This document shows, piece by piece, positions 26,798-36,308 of a DNA stretch of 64,000 nucleotides. Position 1 is the first letter of the stretch. Each line of letters starts with the position of its first letter. Source of the DNA: a virus. The stretch spans positions 132,878-196,877 of the IMG/VR virus record IMGVR_UViG_3300046777_002658; one strand, written 5' to 3'. The notes under the pieces were generated by a model that was given only the letters and a program-made list of their open reading frames with translations, was not told the origin of the DNA and made no database searches. The position numbers and the translations under genes were made by a program.

Positions 26798-28107
26798 CCA
26801 GCAAAAGAGGGTTAGTAGCTAGTTACTGTTTTATTAACTAATAATAACAAATACTAACATTTGCTCAAAATTTCGACTCATCTGCTCTTGATGACAGAAT
26901 TACAGTAAAATACTTGTATGTTACTAGGATTCAAGACCCAACTCAAGGTTAACAAGCAACAACAACTACTACTAGCACAACACGCAGGAGTAGCTAGACA
27001 CGCTTGGAATCAAGGTTTAGCACTTTGTCAACAGGTATTATTACATAACAAACTTAATCCTGAAGACAAAATCAAATTTCCTACAGCCATAGATTTACAT
27101 AAATGGTTAGTAGCAGCCATTAAATCTACCCATCCTTGGTATTATGACGTATCCAAATGCGCCCCTCAATACGCATTAAGATATCTCTCAGATGCCTTTA
27201 AAGCTTTCTTTAAAAAAAGTAAAGGATTTCCTAAGTTTAAGAAAAAAGGGAGACATGATTCTTTTACCTTAGATGGGTCAATAAAAATTGACTACAGAAA
27301 GGTAAAAGTTCCTGTCATTGGTTGGCTGAAAACTTATGAAATTCTCCCGACAGGATATAAACCTAAATCTGTCACCATAAGTAAACAGGCTGATAAATGG
27401 TTTATCTCTTGGAAACTGGAGGTGAGAACGACTCAAACCGAGAAAAATCAAGAGTTTGTAGGAGTAGATTTAGGCATAAATCATCTAGCAATATTATCAA
27501 CAGGAGAAATATTCAATGGTGTAAAAAGCTATAAAAAGTATGAAGATAAACTAGCAAGAATGCAATATTTGAACCGACATAAACTCATAGGTTCAAATAA
27601 TTATAGAAAAGCACAAATCAAAATAGTGAGATTACACCAAAAAATAGCCAACATCAGAAAAGATACATTACATAAAATCACTACCTATATCAGCAAAAAC
27701 CACGCGGTTATAGGGATAGAAGATTTGAATGTATCTGGGATGTTAGCGAATGGGAAATTATCAAAAGCTATTGCGAATATGGGCTTTTATGAATTTAGAA
27801 GGCAGCTAGAATACAAAACACAACTGTATGGCAGTAAGTTAGTAATTGTGGATAGATTTTATCCCAGTAGTAAGACTTGCTCAAATTGTGGAGAGAAAAA
27901 ATCATCACTGTCATTATCTCAAAGAGTGTTTAAATGTGATAGTTGTGGCTTTGAGATTGACAGAGATTTAAACGCTGCGATTAACTTAAAACAAGAAGCG
28001 GTCAGATTGACCGTGTTAGCCTGTGGACTAGATAGTGCCGACACTTCTAGGGTGAAGCAGGAAGAAAAAGCTGGCTGTTGTTAGCATTAGTTAGCTTTTT
28101 TGTATCG
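26798..28107 (+). mobile_element. Non-autonomous IS607/IS1341-like element carrying tnpB only
   Basis: Boundaries inferred from the restored empty-site ORF; composition differs from the flanks. Confidence 0.7.
26918..28084 (+). CDS. tnpB: TnpB RNA-guided nuclease
   Basis: VGVDLGI (RuvC-I), IGIEDLNV (RuvC-II), SSKTCSNCG...CDSCGFEIDRDLNAAIN (zinc finger + RuvC-III), all intact. Confidence 0.95.
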   Translation: MLLGFKTQLKVNKQQQLLLAQHAGVARHAWNQGLALCQQVLLHNKLNPEDKIKFPTAIDLHKWLVAAIKSTHPWYYDVSKCAPQYALRYLSDAFKAFFKKSKGFPKFKKKGRHDSFTLDGSIKIDYRKVKVPVIGWLKTYEILPTGYKPKSVTISKQADKWFISWKLEVRTTQTEKNQEFVGVDLGINHLAILSTGEIFNGVKSYKKYEDKLARMQYLNRHKLIGSNNYRKAQIKIVRLHQKIANIRKDTLHKITTYISKNHAVIGIEDLNVSGMLANGKLSKAIANMGFYEFRRQLEYKTQLYGSKLVIVDRFYPSSKTCSNCGEKKSSLSLSQRVFKCDSCGFEIDRDLNAAINLKQEAVRLTVLACGLDSADTSRVKQEEKAGCC

Positions 28108-28275
28108 GCTGCAAAGGAACTAGCAGAACTTAATAATGCAGATTTTGTAGAAGTTAGCCAAAGTCCGGTTGAGTTATTCTTAGCAGGAGTCTATCAAAAA
28201 AAGCACTGACCCAAAGAAACCTCAATATACTTTTGTACCTCTCTGGTAAAATACTTAAAACTAGAGAAGCAGCTA

Positions 28276-28461
28276 ATGAAGAAAGTAATTTTGTTTTTGG
28301 CTTGGGTAGTGGTGCTCTACAGAGGTTATCTTTTACTAGACAAATTTAGTAAATCTAATCCAGATCATGTACTCTATGTAGTTATTTTCATAGTCTCTGC
28401 TACTCTGTTAGTGCTTGGAGTAGCATCTTTCATAGAATCTTTAGAAAGAAAAAGAAAATAA
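28276..28461 (+). CDS. Small two-TM membrane protein
   Basis: Two hydrophobic segments. Confidence 0.65.
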   Translation: MKKVILFLAWVVVLYRGYLLLDKFSKSNPDHVLYVVIFIVSATLLVLGVASFIESLERKRK

Positions 28462-28712
28462 TGGACATAATCAAAGACTTGTTAGAGCTAGTAGATGAAA
28501 ATCCTGATCAAGCAAATGAGTTCTGGTTAAAAGTTGGTGATAGAGTAGCTTGGAAACCAGACCCAGTAGTTTTAGGTACTGTTAAGTCAGTTGACTTAGA
28601 CTGCTACCCACTAGAAAAGTATGGCATTACTACTGCCAACATTGAGTGGGACGACTGTGCTGGCTCTATAGATATTCAGTGGACAAACAAATTAGAAAAA
28701 GTTGAAAACTAA
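28461..28712 (+). CDS. Hypothetical SH3/KOW-like protein
   Basis: LKVGDRVAWK...GTVKSV. Confidence 0.6.
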   Translation: MDIIKDLLELVDENPDQANEFWLKVGDRVAWKPDPVVLGTVKSVDLDCYPLEKYGITTANIEWDDCAGSIDIQWTNKLEKVEN

Positions 28713-28716
28713 AGGA

Positions 28717-28745
28717 TTGACAAATTTTCAGCAAATTGTTAGAGT
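28717..28745 (+). promoter_or_regulatory. Sigma70-like promoter
   Basis: TTGACA-17 nt-TAGAGT. Confidence 0.65.
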
Positions 28746-28751
28746 CAGACA

Positions 28752-28825
28752 CCCCACGCCTTTAGGCGTGGGCTTCCACGGCGCGAGGACTTTGGTGAAC
28801 TGTTGTCTTGGCAGTTCACACTTTT
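28752..28825 (+). ncRNA. Candidate small RNA with IS200/IS605-end-like hairpin and terminator
   Basis: CCCACGCC-TTTA-GGCGTGGG hairpin, then GTGAACTG/CAGTTCAC hairpin plus TTTT, directly after the promoter. Confidence 0.45.
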
Positions 28826-28941
28826 GTGTAACTACAGCAGCAGTATGTCATAAGTATAAAATAAGCAAAAAAAAGACTATCTGCTTTTACTAACAGCAAA
28901 GAGTATTTTAAGTTGGTAGTACAGTAACTACAACTAAGACC

Positions 28942-29706
28942 GTGAAAAACCGACCTACTACCTCAAAAGAGGTGCTGCAAGATTTGTACAGAGCAAACCA
29001 ACAGCAGCCAGAAACTTCTAACAACATAGCAGTAGACACAGGCATACAAATAATTAAGGAATACAAAAACACAGGCTATCTATCATGGGATGGAGCAGCT
29101 ATACTAGCAGCCTGCGGAACTGTACTAATAGCTAACACAGTTACAAACATTATTAACCTGGTAAGCATAGGTAATACTGCCGCAAGAAATGCTATTATTT
29201 ATCTGTCAGACACGCATTTTAAAGAAACTGAATACATAGAAGGTATTTTAAGAGATTTGTTGGTAGCAAGTGATTCAGATAGAGTCTGCCTGGGAATATT
29301 GCACAATGGAGAACGCTGGGGCTCTAAGCATTTTACAAAAATGACTATTGCCTACGAGACCAGAAAATCTGGCATATCGTCTATTAAATCTTTGTTTAAA
29401 GGAGTTGATATAGAAAAGGTTAGAGAAGAGCTAAAGATTGCTACACACACAAAGTTTATAACCTTTAACCGCAGTGACTCAGGTTTATCTAGAGGCTGTC
29501 AGGTCTATTTGGATAGTGTAGGTATCAAGTCAGTCAGCACAAGACTTTTAAGGTCTAAAGAAGGTGTTTATGGCATCCTTGAGCTACAAAAGTTATCAGA
29601 GAATAATTTAGTTATGAATGATAACAAGTCTGAGCAAACAGAAGAGATATACAACAAACTTTCTTGGGCAATGGACAGAGTAAGAAAAGGAAAAAAACTC
29701 TTCTAA
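28942..29706 (+). CDS. Membrane protein with one TM segment and a GAF-like domain
   Basis: TM segment about aa 50-75; LRDLLVASDSDRVCLGILHNG...MTIAYE resembles a GAF fold. Confidence 0.5.
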   Translation: MKNRPTTSKEVLQDLYRANQQQPETSNNIAVDTGIQIIKEYKNTGYLSWDGAAILAACGTVLIANTVTNIINLVSIGNTAARNAIIYLSDTHFKETEYIEGILRDLLVASDSDRVCLGILHNGERWGSKHFTKMTIAYETRKSGISSIKSLFKGVDIEKVREELKIATHTKFITFNRSDSGLSRGCQVYLDSVGIKSVSTRLLRSKEGVYGILELQKLSENNLVMNDNKSEQTEEIYNKLSWAMDRVRKGKKLF

Positions 29707-29741
29707 TAAGCTATAATAGTAGAAAGTTTACTTTTTAGTTA

Positions 29742-30971
29742 ATGAGACTATACGCAGGGATTATACTTTCACAGCCAGCCGCCAGCCCTCTTTATTTCTA
29801 TGCACGAGCAAAAGATACTAAGGGGGCTGGTTGGTTGCGTTTAAGTATTAAACACCTATGTAAATTCTTTAACAAAAGTAAAAGCGTTATTTTATGGTGG
29901 GCTAGAAACTGCTTTTACTTTTGGGATGCTGAAGTAAGAGGGGATAGGTTATTCCTCAAATACAAATCAATCTCTAAAGTAAAAGCAAACAGTAAAGTTC
30001 CAGCACATACAAGCTTTGAAAGTTCTATAGAATCTCTAAAGGATTTAAAAACTCTGAAAGCTGTATGCTATGAAGCTGCACTAGCTAGACAACAAGAATC
30101 CTGTCAATACAAAATTGAGAGGCTTGTTGGCTCTAGTAAGAAAATGTTTATGCCTCCCTCATTAGAAAGCGTGCGAAGGTCCAATTATGTTAGTGGCTGT
30201 GAGCACGTTGAGAGAGGGAGTACAGCAAGAGCATTTGTTAAAAAACACGTAATACCTATTGGTGCGAGCCAATCAACAGTTGCTGCAAAAGTAGGACGCA
30301 GTACCTCAACTTTAGCTAGACATACTAAACATTTAGCTAGAGTACAAGTCTGGTGGCGTGTGAATCTTAGAAGTAATAGCCAAGAAACACCTAAATACTA
30401 CTACTCAGTTAGAGTATCTAAGGTCAAGAAAGATGGAAGCACTCGAGAAGAGAACCATTTGTACCGTAGGATGCCTAACTATTACTTCTGTAATGTTCGC
30501 ACTAGACCAGAGCTAACCGCTGAAGTATTCACAAACCCAGATCCTTGTGCCACTTTAGATGACAAGCAAAAACTGATTAACTATGTTGTCAGTCAAATGC
30601 CTAAATCTAAACCAAAAGGTGGTCAGCAAGGTGACTTATCTAAACCTGAGATACAGGCTAAGTATCTAGAGAAGCTTTCTAACCTTCCTAAAGACAGGTT
30701 AGATAAGCTAGTCTGTGGTTTTCTTATGTACGCCAGCGGTGAGCCTGAGTCCTATGACAAGAAGCAAGCCATTCTCTCCCAGCTATCTCAAGTTAAGTTC
30801 TTTGATCTTATAGATAAGATTCGTAATACTTTACCTTTATTAAAAGCTGACAGAGACTCCAGATTAATGGATTACCTTTGCTTGCTTTTAAAGAGAGCAC
30901 AAAAGACTTGCATGGTTATTCCTCCAATGTGGGAAAGCTATAGAGATACAGGATATAGAATGGGTTGTTAG
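29742..30971 (+). CDS. Basic hypothetical protein with HTH
   Basis: ASQSTVAAKVGRSTSTLARH. Confidence 0.65.
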   Translation: MRLYAGIILSQPAASPLYFYARAKDTKGAGWLRLSIKHLCKFFNKSKSVILWWARNCFYFWDAEVRGDRLFLKYKSISKVKANSKVPAHTSFESSIESLKDLKTLKAVCYEAALARQQESCQYKIERLVGSSKKMFMPPSLESVRRSNYVSGCEHVERGSTARAFVKKHVIPIGASQSTVAAKVGRSTSTLARHTKHLARVQVWWRVNLRSNSQETPKYYYSVRVSKVKKDGSTREENHLYRRMPNYYFCNVRTRPELTAEVFTNPDPCATLDDKQKLINYVVSQMPKSKPKGGQQGDLSKPEIQAKYLEKLSNLPKDRLDKLVCGFLMYASGEPESYDKKQAILSQLSQVKFFDLIDKIRNTLPLLKADRDSRLMDYLCLLLKRAQKTCMVIPPMWESYRDTGYRMGC

Positions 30972-31071
30972 GGTAGTTAATACATAAATATCTTTCATCA
31001 GCTGAGTTAGTAATTAGTTCAGCTGATTTGTCATAAGAAAAAAGAATAGAGAAAGGTAATTAGCTAGTTTT

Positions 31072-31488
31072 GTGTATAGTATGACCAAAGCAAAAAAAGA
31101 GATATATAAAAGCCTTTACCATTTTGGGGATGAAGGAATAATAACTGAATGGTCTGTAGTAAAACAAGGCACAGTCTACCTTTATGTTTTAGGAAAAGGT
31201 AAGGAAGAAACTTTTGGAGAGCAGCAGCTATTACCTTCTACACCTCTTGACTGTAAAGGAAAGGCTATAAGCATAAGAGCTTGGTCTTCTACTAATGCTA
31301 GATGGCGCTTAGGTTACTTCTTTGCTTCAAAAGAGGACGCTTTAGACTACCTCAGACTGTACAAACAATCCCAGAGTGAGGTAGCAGAACCAAAAGAACA
31401 TAAAATAGTTAAAATTAAACACTTAATGGAGCAAGCCTTCAAATCGCTTCAAGAAGCTAAAAGATTACAGGATTCTTTTGATGAGTAA
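31072..31488 (+). CDS. Hypothetical protein
   Basis: Follows a motif copy at 31035. Confidence 0.65.
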   Translation: MYSMTKAKKEIYKSLYHFGDEGIITEWSVVKQGTVYLYVLGKGKEETFGEQQLLPSTPLDCKGKAISIRAWSSTNARWRLGYFFASKEDALDYLRLYKQSQSEVAEPKEHKIVKIKHLMEQAFKSLQEAKRLQDSFDE

Positions 31489-32968
31489 CCCACATTACAA
31501 ACCAATATGCCGAGCCAACGAACTGATCGTCGGAACTGGTAGAGCAATCATTATCACAGGCTGGACTCCCAAAGAGCGTGTAGCTAAGTTACTAGAAACG
31601 CATGAGTATGCCTGTATTGGTAACTTGTATAGCCCGATGTATGGGTTAACGCCTTTAGTAGTTAACCTTCTAGCTAATCCTTATAATTGGGATATACACC
31701 TGCTGTCAGCTACAAACCAAGATAAAGTAGCTAGAGCTGTAGAAGCTTTTTATTACTTTTTAAAAGGGCATTATTTTTTAGATGACAAGTACCTTGTAAC
31801 AAAATATAAGGATGGAGAAGTTATTGGTTCCCTGAGCAATGTATTTGATCCTATAGCTTTAAAAAAAGCTATTAACTGTTTATCTAATAGACTGTGGGAA
31901 CCAGTAGAAAAGATTGAGGACTTAGTAGAATGTGTTAAGAGTGCAGAAAGATGGAAATATCCTCTTAGAAGGTTTGCTGAACCAGTCATGATAAAAATAC
32001 CAAAACCAGAATCTCTAACTTTACCAGGAGATCTCTCTGGGCATTTAGTCAAAGGACAGACGGTAGCAGAAGTATGGTTAAAGGCGATCGCACTAATCAG
32101 GTCTACAGGTAGACTCACTAAGTCGCAGTATGGTGAGCGTCAAGAGTTAATACAGATGACCTCTGTAGTTCATAACGAACCAGCAGAGTTCCATTTCGAG
32201 CCCTGGCTGCCTGTTACCAAGGATTTTATGGAAGGCTACGCTCCTCAGATGTGTTATGGAGAGTTACCAGAAGGTGTCAGCTACACTTATGGGTCTAAGA
32301 TTAGAAACTGGCAGTTTAAGAACAATGTTTCTTTGGTTAGCATAGACCAGCTAACAGAAGTAGCCAGTAAACTAGTGTTTAACAAAGACTCTTCGCAGTG
32401 TACTATTTCCCTGTGGGATGTAGAGACAGACACCTTCTCAGAATCACCTCCATGTTTAACAAACATCTGGGTAAGATTAATAGACAGAAAACTAATCCTG
32501 ATAGCTACCTTCCGCTCTCATGATGTTTACACAGCTTACCCTAGTAATGTGATGGCTTTGAGAAAACTACAAGGCATCTTGTTAGATAAACTATATAAGT
32601 TTAGTGGTAAAGTATATGATGCTGGGGAGTTGATTATTAACTCTCAGTCAGCTCATATCTACAGTCACTCATTCCAGCATACAGATGATGTTCTGAAAGA
32701 TCATAAGGCTACTAAAATTGACTACAGTGACCCAGTTGGTAACTTTATTATTACTTGCAGAATTAAATTTGCTGAGGTAGAAGTAACTGTTACTCAAACA
32801 GACCCTGCTGGATTACCAGTTGCTGAGTATACAGGTAATAGTCCTTTAAAATTGGTAAGAGAAATAGCGATCGCCAACCCTGGTATTCAAGCAGTTCATC
32901 TAGGTTATTTAGGAATGGAGCTACAGAAAGCAGCTGTACAGGGTTTAGACTACCAGCAGGATAAGTAA
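31478..32968 (+). CDS. thyA: Thymidylate synthase fusion (MtrA-like N-domain, ThyA, DUF4346-like C-domain)
   Basis: SYTYGSKIR, ISLWD...SPPCL, ATFRSHD, AYPSNV, SQSAHIY; IGNLYSP..G...LVVNLLANP N-domain; HLGYLGMELQKA C-domain. Confidence 0.85.
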   Translation: MMSNPHYKPICRANELIVGTGRAIIITGWTPKERVAKLLETHEYACIGNLYSPMYGLTPLVVNLLANPYNWDIHLLSATNQDKVARAVEAFYYFLKGHYFLDDKYLVTKYKDGEVIGSLSNVFDPIALKKAINCLSNRLWEPVEKIEDLVECVKSAERWKYPLRRFAEPVMIKIPKPESLTLPGDLSGHLVKGQTVAEVWLKAIALIRSTGRLTKSQYGERQELIQMTSVVHNEPAEFHFEPWLPVTKDFMEGYAPQMCYGELPEGVSYTYGSKIRNWQFKNNVSLVSIDQLTEVASKLVFNKDSSQCTISLWDVETDTFSESPPCLTNIWVRLIDRKLILIATFRSHDVYTAYPSNVMALRKLQGILLDKLYKFSGKVYDAGELIINSQSAHIYSHSFQHTDDVLKDHKATKIDYSDPVGNFIITCRIKFAEVEVTVTQTDPAGLPVAEYTGNSPLKLVREIAIANPGIQAVHLGYLGMELQKAAVQGLDYQQDK

Positions 32969-32969
32969 G

Positions 32970-33182
32970 ATGGTTGAACTACCTCTGCCACACTCTAAGG
33001 TAGTATTTAGAGTCTATCCAGGTTCAGAAAGCTTTGGTTACAGAACTGTTCCAGACGGAATACTGCACAAAGGTATTTATAACGGAGACTACTGGATTTC
33101 AGAAAGACTGGAAGGTGAAACTCTAGGTAGAGCAAAGATGTACCATACTAACCAAATTCAAGATTGGCAATATCAACCTTAA
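32970..33182 (+). CDS. Hypothetical protein
   Basis: Coupled small ORF. Confidence 0.6.
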   Translation: MVELPLPHSKVVFRVYPGSESFGYRTVPDGILHKGIYNGDYWISERLEGETLGRAKMYHTNQIQDWQYQP

Positions 33183-33230
33183 GAATCAAAAAAGAGTAAA
33201 AAGTTTGAGTCTGCTTTGACGAACCTCGCC

Positions 33231-34556
33231 CTAAAAGGGACGAGGATTCTTATTCGTTGAGTACACTTTGGTTGCCCAAATACGTATTCTAGAAACGGTG
33301 GTCAAACACCGTCTACAGACTCTACTTAAATCTATGTTTAAGTTCGTCGCTACCTTGCGTAAGATATTTGCAGAAGCTTGAAGGTCTGCATTGACGCAAA
33401 AACCGTTTTTAGTACGATACAAACCACGTTTAATTCTCTTACCAGATGGTTTCCACCCAGTTGGTTTTTCTCCATACTAGGGCAGGGAGTCTCCATCTAA
33501 ATACGAGGCAGCAGAAGTGTTAGCTTCTTCTGTTTCAACGTAGCGAATACCATACAGATCGCACAGTTGTTTAATCCGTTCTTTTAGCTTGGCTAAGGGC
33601 ATCTGAACAAATTCCTGATTGGATTTTTTACCCATATCAGCACCATTCTTGATCCCCTCATTCCAGCCAATTACTATGGTTCCAATACCATGAGAGAGGC
33701 AATGCTTTACAGCAATCCTCGCTGCTTTATTCACCATGTCACGCATCTGATGATTGCGCTTACGAGTAATCTGGTCTAAGAAACTATCCCAGTACGCTTT
33801 TGGCTTACCTTCTTTGTGGTTAGCAATTCTCTTGTTGTAAAGCTGATTCATAGATTTGGCTTGTCTAGAATCAACTAAAAATGAATTACCCAAAGTATCA
33901 ACACAAGCCATTAGATTAGCTGATGTTCCTAGATCAATTGACAAAGCTTGGTTAATATCTAGCTGAATATTGACTGGCTCTACTTCGTAACTGCACTCTA
34001 AGTAAAACTCTCCATTTTTAGGAAGGATTGTGAACTCTTTAACCTTTTGGAAATCAAGGTTGATTGGCAACGGCAAGAAAAATTCTTTGATGCCGAACCA
34101 ACGTTTGATTTGCAACCCTAAAGGAAAACGAATTAATCCTTCACTAGTTATAGTTGGCTTCCCAGCACCAGTGTTAGGATAAGCAACTTTGAATAAACCT
34201 CCAGAATCTCTGTATTTTGGAGGTTTTGGTTTTTGTTCTAGTTCTCCTTTAAAGAATAGCTCTAGTAATTTTTTAAATGATCTAAATGCCTCGGAGACGC
34301 TCAACAAAGTTTGTTGTGCTGGCACTGAAGGCATGGCTTGAGCATGAACGTTTTTCCCTATTTCATACACTGGGTCAAATTTGGAAATTATTCTCCCTGT
34401 TTTGAAGAATATTTGACGTGCCCAATATACCCCACAGTTGTACAAGCTATTCGACTGTTCACAAAGAAAAGTCAATATAGCTTTCGTGTCAGCATCGCAA
34501 TATATTAAGTTTTGCTGAACACCCATTAACGATCTATCTTTTTTACTTTTCCCCAT
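33231..34556 (-). pseudogene. tnpB: tnpB with in-frame TAG at 33477-33479
   Basis: ...YLDGDSLP*YGEKPTGWKPSGKRIKRGLYRTKNGFCVNADLQASANILRK continues in frame; the RuvC-III Asp lies after the stop. Confidence 0.9.
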
Positions 34557-34576
34557 GCTGTGCTATATTTGGTCTG

Positions 34577-35008
34577 TTGATTTTAGTATACATGGGTCTG
34601 CACATCTTGACAAGCAGCTTACAAAAGGAAAGACATAGTGTTTCTGACTTAAAAATACATTTGGTTTGTGTGACAAAGTACCGTAGGTCTGTATTCACAC
34701 AATCAAGTCTCGCAGTTGTTGAGGAATCATTTAAAGAGGTTGCGAGAAAAATGGATTTTCAAATCCTTGAATTTAATGGTGAAGTCGATCATGTTCACGC
34801 ATTAATCGAATATCCACCAAAATTATCTGTTTCTCAAATTGTTAATTCTTTAAAAGGTGTATCCAGTCGTATGTATGGCAAGGCTGGCTTTAAAAAGCCC
34901 TACGGCAAAGAAGCCCTCTGGAGTCCTAGCTATTTTGTTTCTTCTGTGGGAGGTGCGCCAATTGAAGTTCTCAAAAAGTATATTCAGAATCAAGAAAATC
35001 CGTCCTAG
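34577..35008 (+). CDS. tnpA: IS200-type Y1 transposase
   Basis: HLVCVTKYRR, DHVHALIEYPP, NSLKGVSSR, LWSPSYF, YIQNQ. Confidence 0.95.
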   Translation: MILVYMGLHILTSSLQKERHSVSDLKIHLVCVTKYRRSVFTQSSLAVVEESFKEVARKMDFQILEFNGEVDHVHALIEYPPKLSVSQIVNSLKGVSSRMYGKAGFKKPYGKEALWSPSYFVSSVGGAPIEVLKKYIQNQENPS

Positions 35009-35099
35009 AAGGACGGGGTTTTAGACCCAATTATCTGCTATAAAAAAAGAACAGAGTGAGAATAAGCTATCTTTAAGAGGTAAAGCCGGGTTTAAACCA

Positions 35100-36308
35100 A
35101 TGCTTGCTGAAGAACTAAAAGAAGCACTGACAATATCTAAAGTGGCTTCATTGTTAAATATTCCCATACCAACTGGACAAGGCAACCAGCCTTGTCCTTT
35201 TTGTCATTCATCTAAATCTTTTAAGATTTACTATGACAAGAACTACAAATGCTTTAAGTGCGGCGCGAGAGGAGATATCTTTGGGCTCGTACAACACTCA
35301 GGACTGTCTGGTAACTTTTCAGAATCTCTTAAGCTGCTTTTAGGTCTAGTAGAAAACACAGCTAGTTGTAGACAATACAGAAGCAGAATCAAAGGTGTAG
35401 AAGGGGCTTTTACTCTTTACCAAAACAATGTAAAAAAACAGAAAGAGCTGGTGAGTGAGTATTGCTTGTCTAGAGGATGGTACAAGACTTTAAGAGAGCA
35501 GGACTTTGGGTTTAGTAATAGTGCTACATTCCTGCAGGACAACGGCATGGCTACAGATAAGCTTGAAGAGTTAGGTCTCCTATGGTCAAAGAATGATGAA
35601 TTGTACGACAACCATCTGGTGTTTCCCATTAGAAATAGTAGTGGCTCTGTAGTCCACCTTCAGGGTAGAAACCTTGGAGTTAACCCAGAGAGAAGATGGC
35701 TGGCTGATAAAGGCACTCCTTCAATTACTAACTATCTCTATAACCTTGATAAAGTTAAACAATCTGACTATGCAGTGATAGTAGAAGGAATAAGTGATTG
35801 TAGGTCTCTTATAGAAATAGAAGAGCCAGCCGTAGCAACCTTCGGTATTAATATTCCTTTAGTAAGTCATGCCAAAGACTTTAAACACTGCAGCCATCTG
35901 TTAGCAATCTTTGATAGAGATAAGTACCCGTTAGGAACACCGCAGGCTGGTCAATACAAAAGCTGGAGTCAGATTACTCCTTATCTGTGTGAGTTGGCTA
36001 TTGAGTTGAGAATCCCAATCTTTACTTGGAAGGTTCCTAGTCTGCCTGGAGTGAAAGATTTAAATGAATTGTTCCTAGAGCTAGAATATGACTCTGAAGC
36101 TTATAAAGAGTTGCTGAAAAAAACTGCTGTACCATTGCATAGAATGGCACTGGAGGTATTCTCAGCCAGCAGCAACAAGGCTCATCATTCTCTGCTTTGG
36201 GGTTTGCATGAAGCAGTTGATGAGCCGGCGGAGCTAGACAGATTGGAAAGTTATGTTATCAAACAGCATGGAAGCTGGAGGAATTATCTGAAATGGATGA
36301 ACAGTTAG
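35100..36308 (+). CDS. DNA primase (zinc finger + TOPRIM)
   Basis: CPFCH...YKCFKCGARGD, LVFPIRN...LQGR, IVEGISD, IFDRD, VKDLNE. Confidence 0.92.
   Translation: MLAEELKEALTISKVASLLNIPIPTGQGNQPCPFCHSSKSFKIYYDKNYKCFKCGARGDIFGLVQHSGLSGNFSESLKLLLGLVENTASCRQYRSRIKGVEGAFTLYQNNVKKQKELVSEYCLSRGWYKTLREQDFGFSNSATFLQDNGMATDKLEELGLLWSKNDELYDNHLVFPIRNSSGSVVHLQGRNLGVNPERRWLADKGTPSITNYLYNLDKVKQSDYAVIVEGISDCRSLIEIEEPAVATFGINIPLVSHAKDFKHCSHLLAIFDRDKYPLGTPQAGQYKSWSQITPYLCELAIELRIPIFTWKVPSLPGVKDLNELFLELEYDSEAYKELLKKTAVPLHRMALEVFSASSNKAHHSLLWGLHEAVDEPAELDRLESYVIKQHGSWRNYLKWMNS

Larger units (their letters stand above)
26684..28209 (+). pseudogene. 71-aa gene interrupted by the TnpB element (pieces 26684-26797 and 28108-28209)
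   Basis: Joining ...GTATATCTG to GCTGCAAAG... gives an uninterrupted ORF (...ESQVYL|AAKELAELNN...QKKH*). Confidence 0.6.
33216..35040 (-). mobile_element. IS200/IS605-family element with divergent tnpA and tnpB
   Basis: End hairpins CCTCGCCCTAAAAGGGACGAGG (about 33224-33245) and CCGTCCTAGAAGGACGG (about 35000-35016); right end terminates in TCAA on the - strand. Confidence 0.9.

Noticed and set aside
26798-28107. IStron (intron-IS hybrid)
   Set aside because: The 120 nt before tnpB are AT-rich with no group I core.
28702-28893. 63-aa ORF
   Set aside because: Overlaps the promoter and two hairpins; no protein-like features.
33231-33422. Separate 63-aa gene
   Set aside because: It is the in-frame C-terminus of the interrupted tnpB.
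4889-33479. Stop-codon reassignment as the explanation for broken ORFs
   Set aside because: Breaks use TAA, TGA and TAG and are explained by splicing; many intact genes end in TAG; long genes read through with the standard code.
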